Shown here piece by piece: positions 1 through 12,469 of a stretch of 64,000 nt of DNA; position 1 is the first letter of the stretch; the number at the start of each line of letters is the position of its first letter. The position numbers were made by a program, and so were the translations under genes. Origin of the DNA: Sporopachydermia quercuum (taxonomy: Eukaryota); contig BCGN01000002.1 in NCBI GenBank assembly GCA_001599295.1, forward strand, positions 1,922,001-1,986,000. Reading direction: 5' to 3'. Below the pieces are notes generated by a model. That model saw nothing but the letters and a program-made list of their open reading frames with translations. It had not been told where the DNA came from and made no database searches.

Positions 1-196
1 TCATAGTATCTTGATTTATATATAGAATACAAGTACCACGCCTTTTAGAATCTTCAGACAGTCAATTTATTGCTTTTGTTGTAAACAGTTCCATAAATCT
101 ATTGATAGGAAGGATCTGTATTGTAGTTTTACTAGTAAGCCAGAAGACTATTGGGATAACTTAGGATATTATCAAGCACCAAAAAAATAAATCAAT

Positions 197-1975
197 ATGA
201 GTGAAGGTACAAGCTCCAGTAGGAGCTCATCGATATCAATAGGAACATCGAACGATCACCACTCGAGTGACGTTGAAAAGCAGTTCGACATGTACTCTAA
301 ATCACTGTATAGCAGCAGTTCCAACAATGAAACCAAATCACAGATTGATATAGAAAGTATAGCCCCAGACGAATCAGTAAAGGATGTAGCTATGTCAGAA
401 GGAGACTACTGTCCTAGGAATTATTCATTAATGGGTCGAGGAAGGCTAGGTAGTTTTTCTCGTAGTGATCGTTCATTATACATGAAGCCAGATGGTACTC
501 AAATAAAAGTACCAAGAATTGGTGGTGGGAAACCCTTTCCAAATCATCCTGAAGATTCTTGGAAATATACTGTGGAGTTTGATGGAACTGAAGATCCAGC
601 TTTCCCTCAGAACTGGTCAAGAGGCCAAAAAATATTCACAACTCTTTTACTAGTGTTGAATACTATAGTTGTGACATGGGGTTCTTCAGTGTATGCTCCT
701 ACTATCACTGAAATATCAAAAAAGTTTGAAGTGAGCGAAACCGTTGCAACCTTAGGTCTTTCTCTTTATATCCTTGGGTTTGCTTCAGGTCCTTGTTTAT
801 GGGGCCCAATGTCGGAAGTTTATGGTAGAAAGATGCCAATAGTTCTATGCACTTTTCTCTTTTCAATATTTCAATTTGCAACTGCTTCTGCTGAAAACAT
901 TCAAACGTTGCTTATATGCAGATTCTTTGGAGGATTTTTTGGTGCATCACCGATAACTATAACTGGGGCTACCTTTTCTGATATGTACTCCATCAGAATT
1001 AGAGGTGCTGCTTTGGCGTGTTTTCTCTTTGGTGTATTCTTTGGTCCTTTACTATCACCAATTATTGGTGGAGTAATGGTTGAATATATTCCAAAATATG
1101 GCTGGAGATGGACCAATTATTCAACGGGTATAATGGGTTTGGTGATCACAGCGTTGCTTCAGTTATTTCAACAAGAATCATATGCCCCAGTCGTGTTATC
1201 TGAAAAGGCCAGAATTTTGCGAATTCTAACAGGCAATTGGGCTGTTCATTCTCAGATTGAAGAGGTAGAAATGGAATTCACAAGCTTGCTTATAAAGAAC
1301 ATCCAAAGACCAATAATGATGTTGATGAGAGAACCTATTCTGTTCTTTATATCAATGTACAATGCATTTCTATATGGATTGATGTACCTAATCTTAAAGG
1401 CGTATCCTATTATATTTATTCGTGGTTATGCAATGAGAACTTCTGTTGGTATGCTTCCATATCTAGGGTTGATATTGGGAACCTTTTTCGGTCTCATTGC
1501 TTGTTTACTGGGTGAACGACATTTCAATAACATGATGAAGAAGAATAACAATACAGCTAAGCCGGAAGCAAGAATACCAGTGATGATTCTTGGGGCCATA
1601 TCTCTTCCTATAGGATTATTCATCTTGGGATGGACAGGAAATAAACCTGATGTAATTTCACCATTCATCCCACTATTCTTTGGAGGAATTCCAATTGGAT
1701 TCTCCATGCTAACGATTTTCCCTATATCAAATAGCTATTGCATTGACATGTACTTAAAACACGCAGCATCCGCATTAGCAGTTTTGACATTCACAAGATC
1801 AGCATTTGGCGCTGCATTTCCTTTATTTGCCACAGCTATGTTCGATAATCTTGGAATTGGGTCTGCTGCTTCCATCCTAGGTGGAATAGCTGTATTAATG
1901 ATTCCCGTACCCTGTATCATACTGAAATACGGTGCTCAGATCCGCGCAAGGTCAAATTACAATTCTACTAATTAA
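197..1975 (+). CDS. MFS drug:H+ antiporter, DHA1 family (Tpo1/Flr1/Mdr1-like)
   Basis: 592-aa ORF with a long hydrophilic N-terminus, 'DPAFPQNWS', motif A 'WGPMSEVYGRK', 'LLICRFFGGFFG' and about 12 hydrophobic segments. Confidence 0.9.
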   Translation: MSEGTSSSRSSSISIGTSNDHHSSDVEKQFDMYSKSLYSSSSNNETKSQIDIESIAPDESVKDVAMSEGDYCPRNYSLMGRGRLGSFSRSDRSLYMKPDGTQIKVPRIGGGKPFPNHPEDSWKYTVEFDGTEDPAFPQNWSRGQKIFTTLLLVLNTIVVTWGSSVYAPTITEISKKFEVSETVATLGLSLYILGFASGPCLWGPMSEVYGRKMPIVLCTFLFSIFQFATASAENIQTLLICRFFGGFFGASPITITGATFSDMYSIRIRGAALACFLFGVFFGPLLSPIIGGVMVEYIPKYGWRWTNYSTGIMGLVITALLQLFQQESYAPVVLSEKARILRILTGNWAVHSQIEEVEMEFTSLLIKNIQRPIMMLMREPILFFISMYNAFLYGLMYLILKAYPIIFIRGYAMRTSVGMLPYLGLILGTFFGLIACLLGERHFNNMMKKNNNTAKPEARIPVMILGAISLPIGLFILGWTGNKPDVISPFIPLFFGGIPIGFSMLTIFPISNSYCIDMYLKHAASALAVLTFTRSAFGAAFPLFATAMFDNLGIGSAASILGGIAVLMIPVPCIILKYGAQIRARSNYNSTN

Positions 1976-3111
1976 GCCAAACAGTATCCAGCAATTGAAA
2001 GTTCAACTTTTGGAAATCATACAATTTANCTTTCATTCAGCTCATCAACTCATCAATTCTCCTTAGCATAATATCTCACATCTGGCGATATCTTATGACT
2101 GATTGCGCTGCACTACCCACATACATCATAGATCTGTATATATACATAAAGCATTAATAGCCTAACCAAATTCACAGCAACATTATACTACGAGTAAGCA
2201 TTAGATCCTCTTTATAATGGCCAATAGTAANCATAATAATCCTAATAATCCTTGCAGTTAACATAACGATCAAATCATCGTTCCTTCCATCACAATCCTC
2301 ATCAACCATCCCACATCACCCTTTACGTCTCATAACACATACATGTCCCATTCATTCCATGATCATTGTCCGATAATGTAATCTTCACATCTTTTCCCCA
2401 GGCACATTCAACCTTTTAAAGATCACGTTATTAAAAGATTACGTTAAAAAATATTCCCTTTCCAGTAATGGTAGTGACTTTTTTAGGCACTGCAAATACA
2501 GCAGCAACAAAATACAGTAAGTTCGGTCAATAGGAAGTTCGTTCCATAATACAATAGTAATCCAAACCAGAAAACCTGTCACGGATACAAAATATAATAG
2601 GGAAAAGCTTTCTTTCTTTCTTGCATTATAATAATCACAAGATCTTCAAAATAGAAGCTACATTTATTTCACCTAGATAGTAGTACCAAGTGTGTGGAGA
2701 GAGTTGATCAACAGTTCTGAGCAACGGAAATTTCTTTACTGTTTATAAGAATTTTATAAGATTAAAGGAGGCAGGTTTTTGCTATCAGGAAGAACAGTAA
2801 AACGAATTAGCATTAGATTGTGTTTCATGATACGAACTCTTCAAGATACTCTTGAGTAGTAGAAAACACTGTTGCAACTGAAGATTTTAGATTGTGTCGC
2901 TTTAGTTAAATTGGCAAAGAATGATAAAGGCAAGGAATAGTACACAGTTATAAGGATACAAGGATACAAGGATCATACTTTTCATTTAGAAACCACTTCA
3001 ATATCCGGTTTTATACTATGAATTGAAGTTTTAGAATCCAATCGTACAAGTTCTCAGCTTCACTGAAATATCATCAACTGATTTATCATTGAACAAAACA
3101 ACANTATCACA

Positions 3112-5004
3112 ATGTCATTCGCATTTGACTGGTCGTCTATCGAGCAAAAGCAGTTCTCGTCTTATACAAAGACACTGCTAACAGATGCTCTCAATATGGG
3201 TCAAAAACCTCCAGTGATTGCAGATAAAATTACAGTATCAGATCTTTCATTAGGTACCCAATCGCCAGATATCGAAATTCTAGAAATTGGTGATATAGGA
3301 TTAGAAAGGTTTCAAGGTATATTTAAAATTAAGTACTCAGGAGATGCAGCAATCACTCTTTCAACAAAAGTTCAGGCAAACCCATTGAACATTTACTCAA
3401 CTATTTATAACAATGATTTAACCAATAACTTTGCAATGCCAGATTTTCTTATGGCTGATGCTACATTTCCAATACCACTTATCCTGTCTCTTTCAGAAAT
3501 CAAGTTATCAGGAATCATTATAATGGTNTTCTCAAAAAAGAATGGGTTAACACTTGTATTCAAGAATGACCCTTTAGAATCAATTTCTGTGTCATCTACT
3601 TTCAATAAATTACCCGTGCTCGCAAAGTTTTTACAGGTTCAAATTGAGAATCAAATCAGAGATTTATTCAGAGAAGANCTGCCTACAATTCTACACAAAC
3701 TTAGCCATAGATACACTACTGCAAATGGTGGATTAATGGCTGTTCAGTTGCATAATCAATTGTTACGCGCTAATAACTCACCATTAAACAATCTACAACC
3801 AAGTGGNTCCAACTCATATGGGTTTGAAGATATCAACCCTGATTTACCTCAACTATCACCTACCAATATGCTTAAGCTACAGATGTTGTTTGCATCCAGA
3901 AATACCCTATCTGTTTTCACTCCAGCAATTAACGATGTAGTTTATAGATCAACTATGGATAAGTTTGAAAATAAATCTGAATTGTTCTTCAAGTTGAAAG
4001 ATTTGAACATGGATAGGAAACATTTGTCCGGAGACAACTATCATCAAATGGAACAATATATCAAACAGATAGCTACTATGCAATCAAAGGTTTATTATAG
4101 AAGTATACATGAAAAACCTAGAAGAAGANTTTTGACACTAGGTAGAAACAGGGATGGAAGTACTAAAGTTAAGTCTGATATACAACCTCCTATTGAACTA
4201 CCAGCGGATATGAAACTGGAAACTTCTGACACTCTATCCGTTAATTCTGATGCCACCGCTGTAGAAAACGATAATGCAAGATTATTAAGTTCTTTGAAAT
4301 CTCATGAAATGATGAAATCTCAAACATATAATGGCTCAACTAACCTACAAAAAGTTGACAAGGAATCCCATTTCGAAGTTCCTAGGACCCGATCACATCT
4401 CAATGTGAACGGAGGAACAACTCTTGGCCTTACACATACCAAGAACAGACAAAGACATTCATCCAACTATGTCAAATCACCAAGGTTTACCTATACGACT
4501 GGTACTTTTGATGATGAGTTGAATGATGATATACCTGGAATGAATGTTAATGACCCCAGTGTACTTCCNGGAAAAGAGAAAGTACCTTCAGCCGTTTTCA
4601 GATTTGGTGGTGATGTTTCTGAGTTAGATAGCAGTAGCGAATCAGAAGTGGAGCATGAAATTGGAGCTGTTGCTGGAATGAAGAAGACAAGAAACCACCC
4701 AGAAATGAAACCAACCAAAAATTCGGTTGAACCTCAAAAGATGCAAACTAATAATAGCAGTTCGGACAAATTAACACCTGAGCATACCCTTTTCAATTTT
4801 GCTTCTTTGTTAGGATCTGGAAAGAGAGATATTCTTGGTTTGATGAGCGATACGAGTTCTAATTCTANAAGCAATAGTAATAATCAAAACAACAGTAGAA
4901 TTAGATTGTCGTCAACATGGGGAGAAAACAAATTTGATCGGAAAAAGATTATTGATTTCTTCCAGTCCAATGTAGTTGATTCACCACCACCGTATCAAGC
5001 ATGA
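3112..5004 (+). CDS. MDM34: ERMES complex subunit Mdm34 (SMP domain)
   Basis: N-terminus 'MSFAFDW', '[10 protein letters not shown]', 'TKVQANPL', '[19 protein letters not shown]'; C-terminal PY motif 'PPPY'. Adjacent to BOL2 and NIF3 as in S. cerevisiae YGL219C-YGL221C. Confidence 0.95.
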   Translation: MSFAFDWSSIEQKQFSSYTKTLLTDALNMGQKPPVIADKITVSDLSLGTQSPDIEILEIGDIGLERFQGIFKIKYSGDAAITLSTKVQANPLNIYSTIYNNDLTNNFAMPDFLMADATFPIPLILSLSEIKLSGIIIMXFSKKNGLTLVFKNDPLESISVSSTFNKLPVLAKFLQVQIENQIRDLFREXLPTILHKLSHRYTTANGGLMAVQLHNQLLRANNSPLNNLQPSXSNSYGFEDINPDLPQLSPTNMLKLQMLFASRNTLSVFTPAINDVVYRSTMDKFENKSELFFKLKDLNMDRKHLSGDNYHQMEQYIKQIATMQSKVYYRSIHEKPRRRXLTLGRNRDGSTKVKSDIQPPIELPADMKLETSDTLSVNSDATAVENDNARLLSSLKSHEMMKSQTYNGSTNLQKVDKESHFEVPRTRSHLNVNGGTTLGLTHTKNRQRHSSNYVKSPRFTYTTGTFDDELNDDIPGMNVNDPSVLXGKEKVPSAVFRFGGDVSELDSSSESEVEHEIGAVAGMKKTRNHPEMKPTKNSVEPQKMQTNNSSSDKLTPEHTLFNFASLLGSGKRDILGLMSDTSSNSXSNSNNQNNSRIRLSSTWGENKFDRKKIIDFFQSNVVDSPPPYQA

Positions 5005-5343
5005 ATCAGTTTGGTGGCTTTTCAGTTATTAGCATTTTCAAACTTAACCTTCTCAAGTGAATCAAATAATTGAATGAGTGATTTCATTCATCGTGTTGTT
5101 TATTCTTCTCCTGTCATCTTATATTATTATGTGTACTACCTATACTTTTATTGGTTTTTATGGGAAATGTTTACGAATTTATGTCTTTATGTTTGACCTG
5201 TCTGTCACCTGTACGTAAAACGGAATTGTAGTTGTAGGTCTTATGCGCTGCATGAAAATAGACAAAAATGACTAAAAATAATAATACACGTTTATCAGGG
5301 TGATGTTAAATTTATGCTATTAATCAAAATATATAGTTCTCAA

Positions 5344-5702
5344 TCATTCACCTTGAGCTTTTTGCCATTCATCAACGGTATATGATTTCTGCGTGAAGGC
5401 ATGTATTGCTGCGATTTCGTCTTTCAAAGCAGTATTAACCAGCCTATGCCTCACGAGCTTATTTTTCCCTTTAAACACATCAGAAACTATCACCACTTGG
5501 TATGCTTGTCCACAACCACCTGAATGCACGGGTCAATTAGAATCAATATCAACATTTATATATCAGTAATAACACCTGCGAAGCGTNGAATCTTTGTCCA
5601 ATATATGTCACACTTACCACTCATATCNATAATCTCCAAATACTGGGCTCCCAGTTTTTCAGTTATCATCTGCCGTAGATGTTCTTCTGTCACTTGACTC
5701 AT
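5344..5702 (-). CDS. BOL2: BolA-family protein Bol2/Fra2; exons 5702-5618 and 5519-5344
   Basis: ATG at 5702. Intron 5617-5520 (GTAAGT...CAG). Spliced product MSQVTEEHLRQMITEKLGAQYLEIXDMSGGCGQAYQVVIVSDVFKGKNKLVRHRLVN...IHAFTQKSYT matches cytosolic Bol2, and synteny agrees. Confidence 0.92.
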
Positions 5703-6355
5703 TGTATAATCGATTCTATGCCTTGTAGATAAATGTCCAATTAATCTTTAGCTCAACAATCGCTGCTTAATAATCATTGAGCGAAATGATAATACAGGAA
5801 AGAACAAGTTTAGTTAATGCTAGATACTCTGTTCACTTCAAAATGTTTTTTTTTTTGCTTTCAGAACCAACAATACTATAGCAATATTACCAAAGTATAC
5901 TCTTCAACCATCAAATAATATCGAATACCATCAATGTCCACATACATTAAATCTAAAATCAGCTAGCCATTCTCGATTCATTATCTATAAGATCTGAGTT
6001 CCTTTTTACTTGTATTTCCACTGCCCAAAAATTGACTGACTTTGTGTGACCACATTATTATTGAGTACAAACGTATTTCGAGGCAAAATGAGACTTGATG
6101 TCTCTCATGCATGAGGGAGCATGATTATACATTGTCATATTTCAAATTCTGCTTTTTTGGCTGATTATGTACATCATTTTTCTTCCTTTCGATTAGAAAC
6201 AAGTAATGATTAAGAGAACATTGACTGAGCTTCTATATATTTATTTGGCAGTGAAATAAAGATTTTGGAGAATTTAGCAATATATTTTTAGTATATACTT
6301 TAGTATATACTTATTGGNTGGATCCTTAGATACTTTCGTACAGTTGACCTACTGA

Positions 6356-7407
6356 ATGAACAGAATGTCAAATCCTCGTCTAGTTAAGTCAATTGTTTCT
6401 GCAGGTATGTAATANAATATTACAACCTTCTATTCTGGATTATTAGTTGATGAAAGAAAAGTAATCAAGGGCCGCTATCTGAATACAATTTCAAGGGCTT
6501 CTTTTCAATTAATTTGAATTGATTCAATTAGCTAACGTATTCAACAGTTGAAACCGTTTATCCTAAAGTGCTTGCTGAATCAGCATGGGATAATACTGGA
6601 CTTTTGCTCGATTGTCCTTCATTAACAGAAACGGCAACAACAAAAAGGAAAGCTGCAGTTTTACTAACAATTGATCTAACAACAAGGGTTGTAGACGAAG
6701 TTATTCAGCATAACAAATCAGAAGAGAATTCTTTAATTGCTTTAGTCCTCGCGTATCATCCCTTTATCTTCCGAGGTATCAAATCTATCACTACATCGAA
6801 TCCTCAGCATGTCTCAATGTTGAAATTAATCCGCGAAGGCGTTTCTGTTTATTGTCCTCATACAGCTGTTGATGCAACCCCCGGAGGAGTAAATGACTGG
6901 CTATGTGACATTGTTTCATTAGGAAAGTCCAATGAAGTTTCGAGGAACGTGATATCGAAAACTATTAATCCACCTGATGGATTTGATGGTGCCGGTGTTG
7001 GAAAAGTAGTCGAATTAAAAGATGCTATATCCTTCAATGAAGCATTGAAAAGAGTCAAACAAGGAGTCAATATGTCTTTGGTCCAAGCAGCAAGAACCAA
7101 AAAACACTTGAAAAATCCAAATGATTCATCAATCAAGACCTTTGCAGTGTGCGCAGGTTCGGGTGCAAGTGTTTTCTCAGAATCACATCAAACTGTAGAC
7201 TTATTTTTCACAGGTGAACTTTCTCATCATGATTTATTAAGAATGAATGAAAATGGGAGCAGTGCAATTCTATGTGGTCATTCAAATACTGAAAGGGGTT
7301 ACCTTTCATTGATGAAGGCCAAACTACAAGACGTGTTTAAGTCTAGTAACTTAGATATTGATATCACCATCAGTGAAACAGATTCTGATCCTTTAGAAAT
7401 ATTATGA
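6356..7407 (+). CDS. NIF3: Nif3/DUF34 metal-binding protein; exons 6356-6404 and 6548-7407
   Basis: Intron 6405-6547 (GTATGT...GCTAAC...CAG) restores '...SAVETVYPKVLAESAWDNTGLL'. Motifs 'AYHPFIFRG', 'HTAVD', 'TGELSHH', 'HSNTERGYL'. The start could be 6356 or 6365. Confidence 0.93.
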
Positions 7408-7617
7408 AATTCCAAGATTTGATGAGGTATCTACAAATATATGGTTTGTAAGTTAATTTGCAAACCTAAGAAAACAAAAGAAAGCTATATCTTACATTCC
7501 CTGAAAGACGAACCTACAAACAACTACTAATCATCTTATAACTAAGAACTACTAAAATTAGTGAATCACTTTGAATATAGTTGTATAAATATAAANGAAG
7601 AAAAATGCATAACTTGA

Positions 7618-9522
7618 TTATTTCCAAATCTGCCACCATGGGGTGTTATCTTTGACAAGATGTTCTTGAACTTCAGCATCGCTTAATTCTCCTTCCTTTG
7701 CCATTTCCAAGGATTGAACAGAAGCTAATCGATGGTTTCTTGTTAATAATCCAAATACGATAAGTGGCACGCACAAACATGTACCAGTAAGACATAGTAA
7801 TCTTTGGACGTGTCTGTAAGCATCTACAACATCCATTCTATAAGGTGTCCCCCAAGTGTATTCAAGAATGAATTCAAATGGTGAACCATAAGCTAATGCA
7901 ACAACAGCAGGATCAGAAATTCTTTTAGCAATTTGACCAGGTAACACTTGAGTCCAAATAGCACCAGAAATACAATTTCCCAATGCTGAACCAATTTGAT
8001 AAGAAGTAAGGTATAATGATGTGATGACAGCAAGATTCTCGTGTTTAGTACAACTTTGAATTGAAACTTGCACAGGATAGGTAAAGAAACCAGCACCAAA
8101 ACCTAGCAAGCATAAAGAGCCAATAATTCCACTGACACTTGATGATCCGCCTCTGAAATGAACTAATAAGCCCATTGATAGTAACCATATGCATGTACCA
8201 AATACGACAAAAGGCTTGAGAATTCTAATTCTTGAGATAACCAAACCCAATATACCACCAGTAATAACTGATGTGAAAGAATATAATTGAGTGATATTTG
8301 TTGCTGCTTTATTTGATTGATTGACTGCAACAACAAGAATGGTATACATAAAATCACCCTGCATATACCAGATCAAATTGATAAGAACACCAATACAAAG
8401 AGAAGCCCAAACACCACGATCTTTGATTAATTGGGTAGGAGCAATTGGATTTCTTGCTCTAGTTTCCCAGTAAATAAATGCTGGGAGACAAAGTCCACCA
8501 ACAATTAAAGGAGCAATGATTTTTGCCTTTTTCCATTCAGAAGAAACACCACCAGCAAGAGTTAAAGGAACTAAGATCAATGCCAAGAATGCTGCCAATA
8601 GAATCAAACCGATGACATCTAATTTCCAGAATAATTCAACAAGAAATACCCCTTTTCTTCTGAAATATTCTTTATACCCAAGGTCTTTGATTGAAGGTGT
8701 TTTAAAGGCATCAAGNTCACCAGAACGTTTTGCTTTCCAAATCATATGAATAAAACAAAGAAACAACGGAATGGCGGAAACTGGGTAAATAAAGGCCCAC
8801 ATACCAATACCCCAACTCCAATTTGCCATACCAATTGAAGATGCAACGTCACCAGCAATCCATGCATTAACGATGAAGGGATAAGCAGGAATGAACGAAA
8901 CAAACAGTCTCCAATTCAGATTAGAGTAATCGGCAATAAGAACTTCTAAAATCAATTGACTTCCTGTATAGCCTAATTGATAAAGTAAAGCACCAGCAGC
9001 AAAAGATGAGACACCATGAGANTGAGATTCAATTATAGTACCAATGACATAGAATATAACTGCAACAATGAAAAGTTCCATTCTACCAAACACATCAGAC
9101 AATCTAGCATACAACGGCTGAGTTGCTGCAGCCATGACACTTCTAGCAACATTAACGGTAGATAATAAAGAGTGCTGGGAGTATGAGGAAGTTGCTTGAG
9201 CTTGAAAATTATAACGAATACTACCATCTAAACTATATGTATACGATACGCAAAAGATGGAGATATAGAGAATGATTCTTAACCATTTTGATTGATAATG
9301 CCTTGCAATAACTTCTGATTTTCTAACACCAGGTTCTGCCAGTGCAATCGGATCTTTGATAACAGAACTTTCATCTCTTCCTGTTTCTAAATCTTTTTCA
9401 TTATAGGTTGATAAATCGTATTGTTTGAGAGAATTGTCAGGACTATCTTTAATGATAGTTGAAGAAACACCGGCTCTTCCATCAACTTCCGTGTCTACAA
9501 TCTGAGAATCTTTTTCTGACAT
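7618..9522 (-). CDS. SIT1: Siderophore-iron transporter, ARN/SIT family (MFS)
   Basis: 634 aa with 'ATSSYSQHSLLSTVNV', 'YARLSDVFGR', 'WSWGIGMWAFIYP', 'AYGSPFEFI', 'VVDAYRHVQRLL'. The exact ARN paralog is uncertain. Confidence 0.88.
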   Translation of the reverse strand: MSEKDSQIVDTEVDGRAGVSSTIIKDSPDNSLKQYDLSTYNEKDLETGRDESSVIKDPIALAEPGVRKSEVIARHYQSKWLRIILYISIFCVSYTYSLDGSIRYNFQAQATSSYSQHSLLSTVNVARSVMAAATQPLYARLSDVFGRMELFIVAVIFYVIGTIIESXSHGVSSFAAGALLYQLGYTGSQLILEVLIADYSNLNWRLFVSFIPAYPFIVNAWIAGDVASSIGMANWSWGIGMWAFIYPVSAIPLFLCFIHMIWKAKRSGXLDAFKTPSIKDLGYKEYFRRKGVFLVELFWKLDVIGLILLAAFLALILVPLTLAGGVSSEWKKAKIIAPLIVGGLCLPAFIYWETRARNPIAPTQLIKDRGVWASLCIGVLINLIWYMQGDFMYTILVVAVNQSNKAATNITQLYSFTSVITGGILGLVISRIRILKPFVVFGTCIWLLSMGLLVHFRGGSSSVSGIIGSLCLLGFGAGFFTYPVQVSIQSCTKHENLAVITSLYLTSYQIGSALGNCISGAIWTQVLPGQIAKRISDPAVVALAYGSPFEFILEYTWGTPYRMDVVDAYRHVQRLLCLTGTCLCVPLIVFGLLTRNHRLASVQSLEMAKEGELSDAEVQEHLVKDNTPWWQIWK

Positions 9523-9621
9523 TTTGACTAAATGTTAAACNTTTACTTGAATACAATGATATATTGATTATTGCATACACACTAGGGATATAGCCAATAT
9601 CTTCACGGAATAGATCAGTTG

Positions 9622-9698
9622 TTATCAGATTGATCAGTGACTAAATATGCAAGAGATCTAACCCAATTTATAAATTTTTTACTGAGTTCATCTGATAG
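9622..9698. promoter_or_regulatory. SRE-type GATA elements upstream of the siderophore transporter
   Basis: TTATCAGAT at 9622-9630 (ATCTGATAA on the minus strand) and ATCTGATAG at 9690-9698, 100-175 bp upstream of the ATG. Confidence 0.6.
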
Positions 9699-10199
9699 AA
9701 AGTAACAACGTAATGCAGGGTAAAACTNCCAAAATAAAAAGAAACTTCTCTTTAGAGTCTTTCAACTAATGAAAAAAATTTCTTTATTGAAAGGCATTAA
9801 ATTGATTGTTCCATTGACATTCTCCTATTTAATGTTTTATAACACGGACTTAACTTGTCAAAACCAAGATTATTAAAGTATTGTAATTTGAAACCTTAAA
9901 CCTTATCTACTTTAAACGTCAAACGTTAAAAGTTAAACCTTATAAGCTAGCGCTCATTTCCTAACTTCAGCTATAAACTGATTGACATTTCAATTGGGAT
10001 GAGATCTACTAATAATCATTTCAATTAATATTTCTATGATTTGTTTGATACAGAATTCCTTAGTTTCAACAGTAGTGCTAGCTCAAGAGAAAGGATATGC
10101 TGGATGAAGATTCTTTGCAGAAGCAAAATAGACTTAATAAAGACAGAATTATGAATTAAAACAAGAGTTTAGCATAAGGTAAAACGATTTTAAGTTAAT

Positions 10200-10712
10200 G
10201 AGCTTGTGCCGTACAGCTAAATATGTACTATTGCGTACATCTTCCCCATTCTCCAACTTGACAGATCTCAAATAGTGAATTCACACATATGTTTTACTTC
10301 ATATGGTCTTAAAAATCTATATTTTCATGGCTAATATTTACTAATGAAAATGACATTGTGCTCATTGCACTATGTTCAAAGCTTCAAGCTGAAAATCTCG
10401 TTTCCACCAGGTATTATCCCTTCTACCTCCTCTTTCATGTTGCCTATAGCACAACATTGTATACATACTTGAAATTTGCTCCTATTTCACTCCACAACTC
10501 ATTTTTTCTTAATCAATTACATCTCCTTCTCTATTTTCGTAACTAGATATTGGCTCAACCATGAAATTTGGCCTACACCAATCTCATTATATACATTTTA
10601 ATTTGTTTCATTGACGAACTTTTTTGCCTACAGCTTGAATGAGGTAAGATTCCTTCGAGTTGAGGTCAAACCTTATTAGTATCATTTAAGGTTCAACTTG
10701 ATCACCCCTATA
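10200..10712 (-). mobile_element. Decayed Ty1/copia pol fragment (RT C-terminus to RNase H)
   Basis: Minus-strand motifs in copia order: YR (10712), RFDLNSKESYLIQ (10673; cf. RPDLxxAVSYLSQ), GDVID*EKMS (10526; cf. GDxxDRKSxSG), NVVL, TWWKR (10409), HYLR (10277), ENGE (10253). Broken by stops and frameshifts. Confidence 0.6.
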
Positions 10713-10859
10713 CCCTATCAAACTATTATTAGCATTTTTCTGTTGATCATATCGATAAGATTATCTCAGAGTTTATTATTTGAGAAAGATTTTCAATTCA
10801 AGAGGAGGAAGAGGTAAAGTAAAGTAAGCATTAGTAAAAGAATATTATGAAAATTTAGG

Positions 10860-11790
10860 GACGATTGGGAATTAGAACGACCTCTTTCAAATATTGGAAT
10901 TGGTGAACTAGGCACTGCCTTTAGAGGAACACTTAATATATTTCATTCAACCGCTGAATAGAACTTATCAAAGAAAAGATTACCTACCCTTCGGACCTCA
11001 AGCAAGCCTTGATTCTGATGAAGGAAACTTCAATTGGCTATGCATTGTACGAGAATAGTAAGGATACCTCAAGATGTCAAGACGTCATAACAATGATTCT
11101 GCTGGAAGATTTGCTTGTTAACTACTACGACTTGGCATCTGGACTCTAAGCAAGAACAATTTGCTGTCAACACCGTACCAAGTTGGAATTTTAGTTTATT
11201 TTATTGGACCANAAAATATTATATCAGCCATTCATATATATTTTATTCTGTTAGAATATATAGCAACGGCATTTGAAGATACANCAGTTCTGAATGCGAA
11301 TTTTGGATCAAGTGGTGATTGGTTCAATTGGATCCTTGCTTACTAACTTTAGCATTAAACCACTTTGGACCGTTATTATTTCAGTCCCTACTTATGTCAT
11401 TCTCTTTTAGAATACGAACCTCTTATTTGAATTCTTGACACCCAACTTTATTCTTATTTTGTAAGTTTTCAGAGTAAGAGCTGTTCCTGGATCTGAGAAA
11501 CCAAAAACCTATCAGCTTTTTCTGAGCCGTACCCTTATTTACGATAGAACAGATCTGAAACCACATTAGTATGCTAAACCTAACTCTTTGAGTTATAGAG
11601 TTACCAGCCGACAATCGAAACCATTTTGAAAACTGACTCATAATTAGGTAAATGAGTACAGAAAAAGCAAAGAAAGCATGAATAGTTGAATAAAGTATGT
11701 GAGTCAAATAGTCTGTCACTGAGAGATATTTCATACAAACCGAAGCAGTTAAGAATGATATTTAAGTTTCACAATGAATTGGGAATTGGT
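10860..11790 (+). mobile_element. Decayed Ty1/copia pol fragment (RT to RNase H end)
   Basis: In order: GELG (10902), LRLGIWTL, YQVGILVYFIGP...LLEYIAT (11176), NANFGSSGD/SIGSLLTNFSIKPLW (11293-11368), NRSETTL, KYVS, DISYKP (11725), ELGI (11776; cf. ADIFTKPL...LG). Confidence 0.65.
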
Positions 11791-12469
11791 TTTCTTCATC
11801 CTCTTATGACCGATACTTTGAACTCTTATTTTCATCGTAATGGTCTTTTTTCTTTCAATAAACCAATGAAGAGTCGTCGAGCCGAATTATTGTATCATAT
11901 TATTATCTTTTGCTACAGTGCTTGGCTCACATAAAATAATAGATGCCAAGCATTAAATAAAGTTAGCTGGAATTAGTTTCTCCTTTTTAAATGTCTTAAA
12001 AAATCAAGCTATTGTAATAGAGCAACAGTATAAGGAATAGCTGTAGCGGTTAAGGCATTTAATCACTCAAGTTTGCTTGTTTTCTATCCAATTGGAAAAA
12101 AAGGAAATAATTCGTTCAACGTTCACATATTCCCCACAACANTTGGAGATTTTGACGATAAACTTAAAGATTGATCTGATCTATTATCAGTCTGTCTTGA
12201 AGAAAAAAGTNACTAAATTTTGCATAGAAAACTGAACTGAAACTGAGTTTACTACTCAGTAAACCAAAAATCAAACTGATCCTATTAGAATTATTGTCCA
12301 AAATAAGTTATAATAAATATCTAATTACAGAAATTTGCATCGCTTTAAGTTGATGTCTAAATACTTGAATAGTTGATGAAACCGGATGAGAGAGAAAAAT
12401 ATAAATTATAATTAAAGATGAAGAATATGAAATATAAGAAGCGCCAAAAATATTTGAGGGTAAAAAGAA

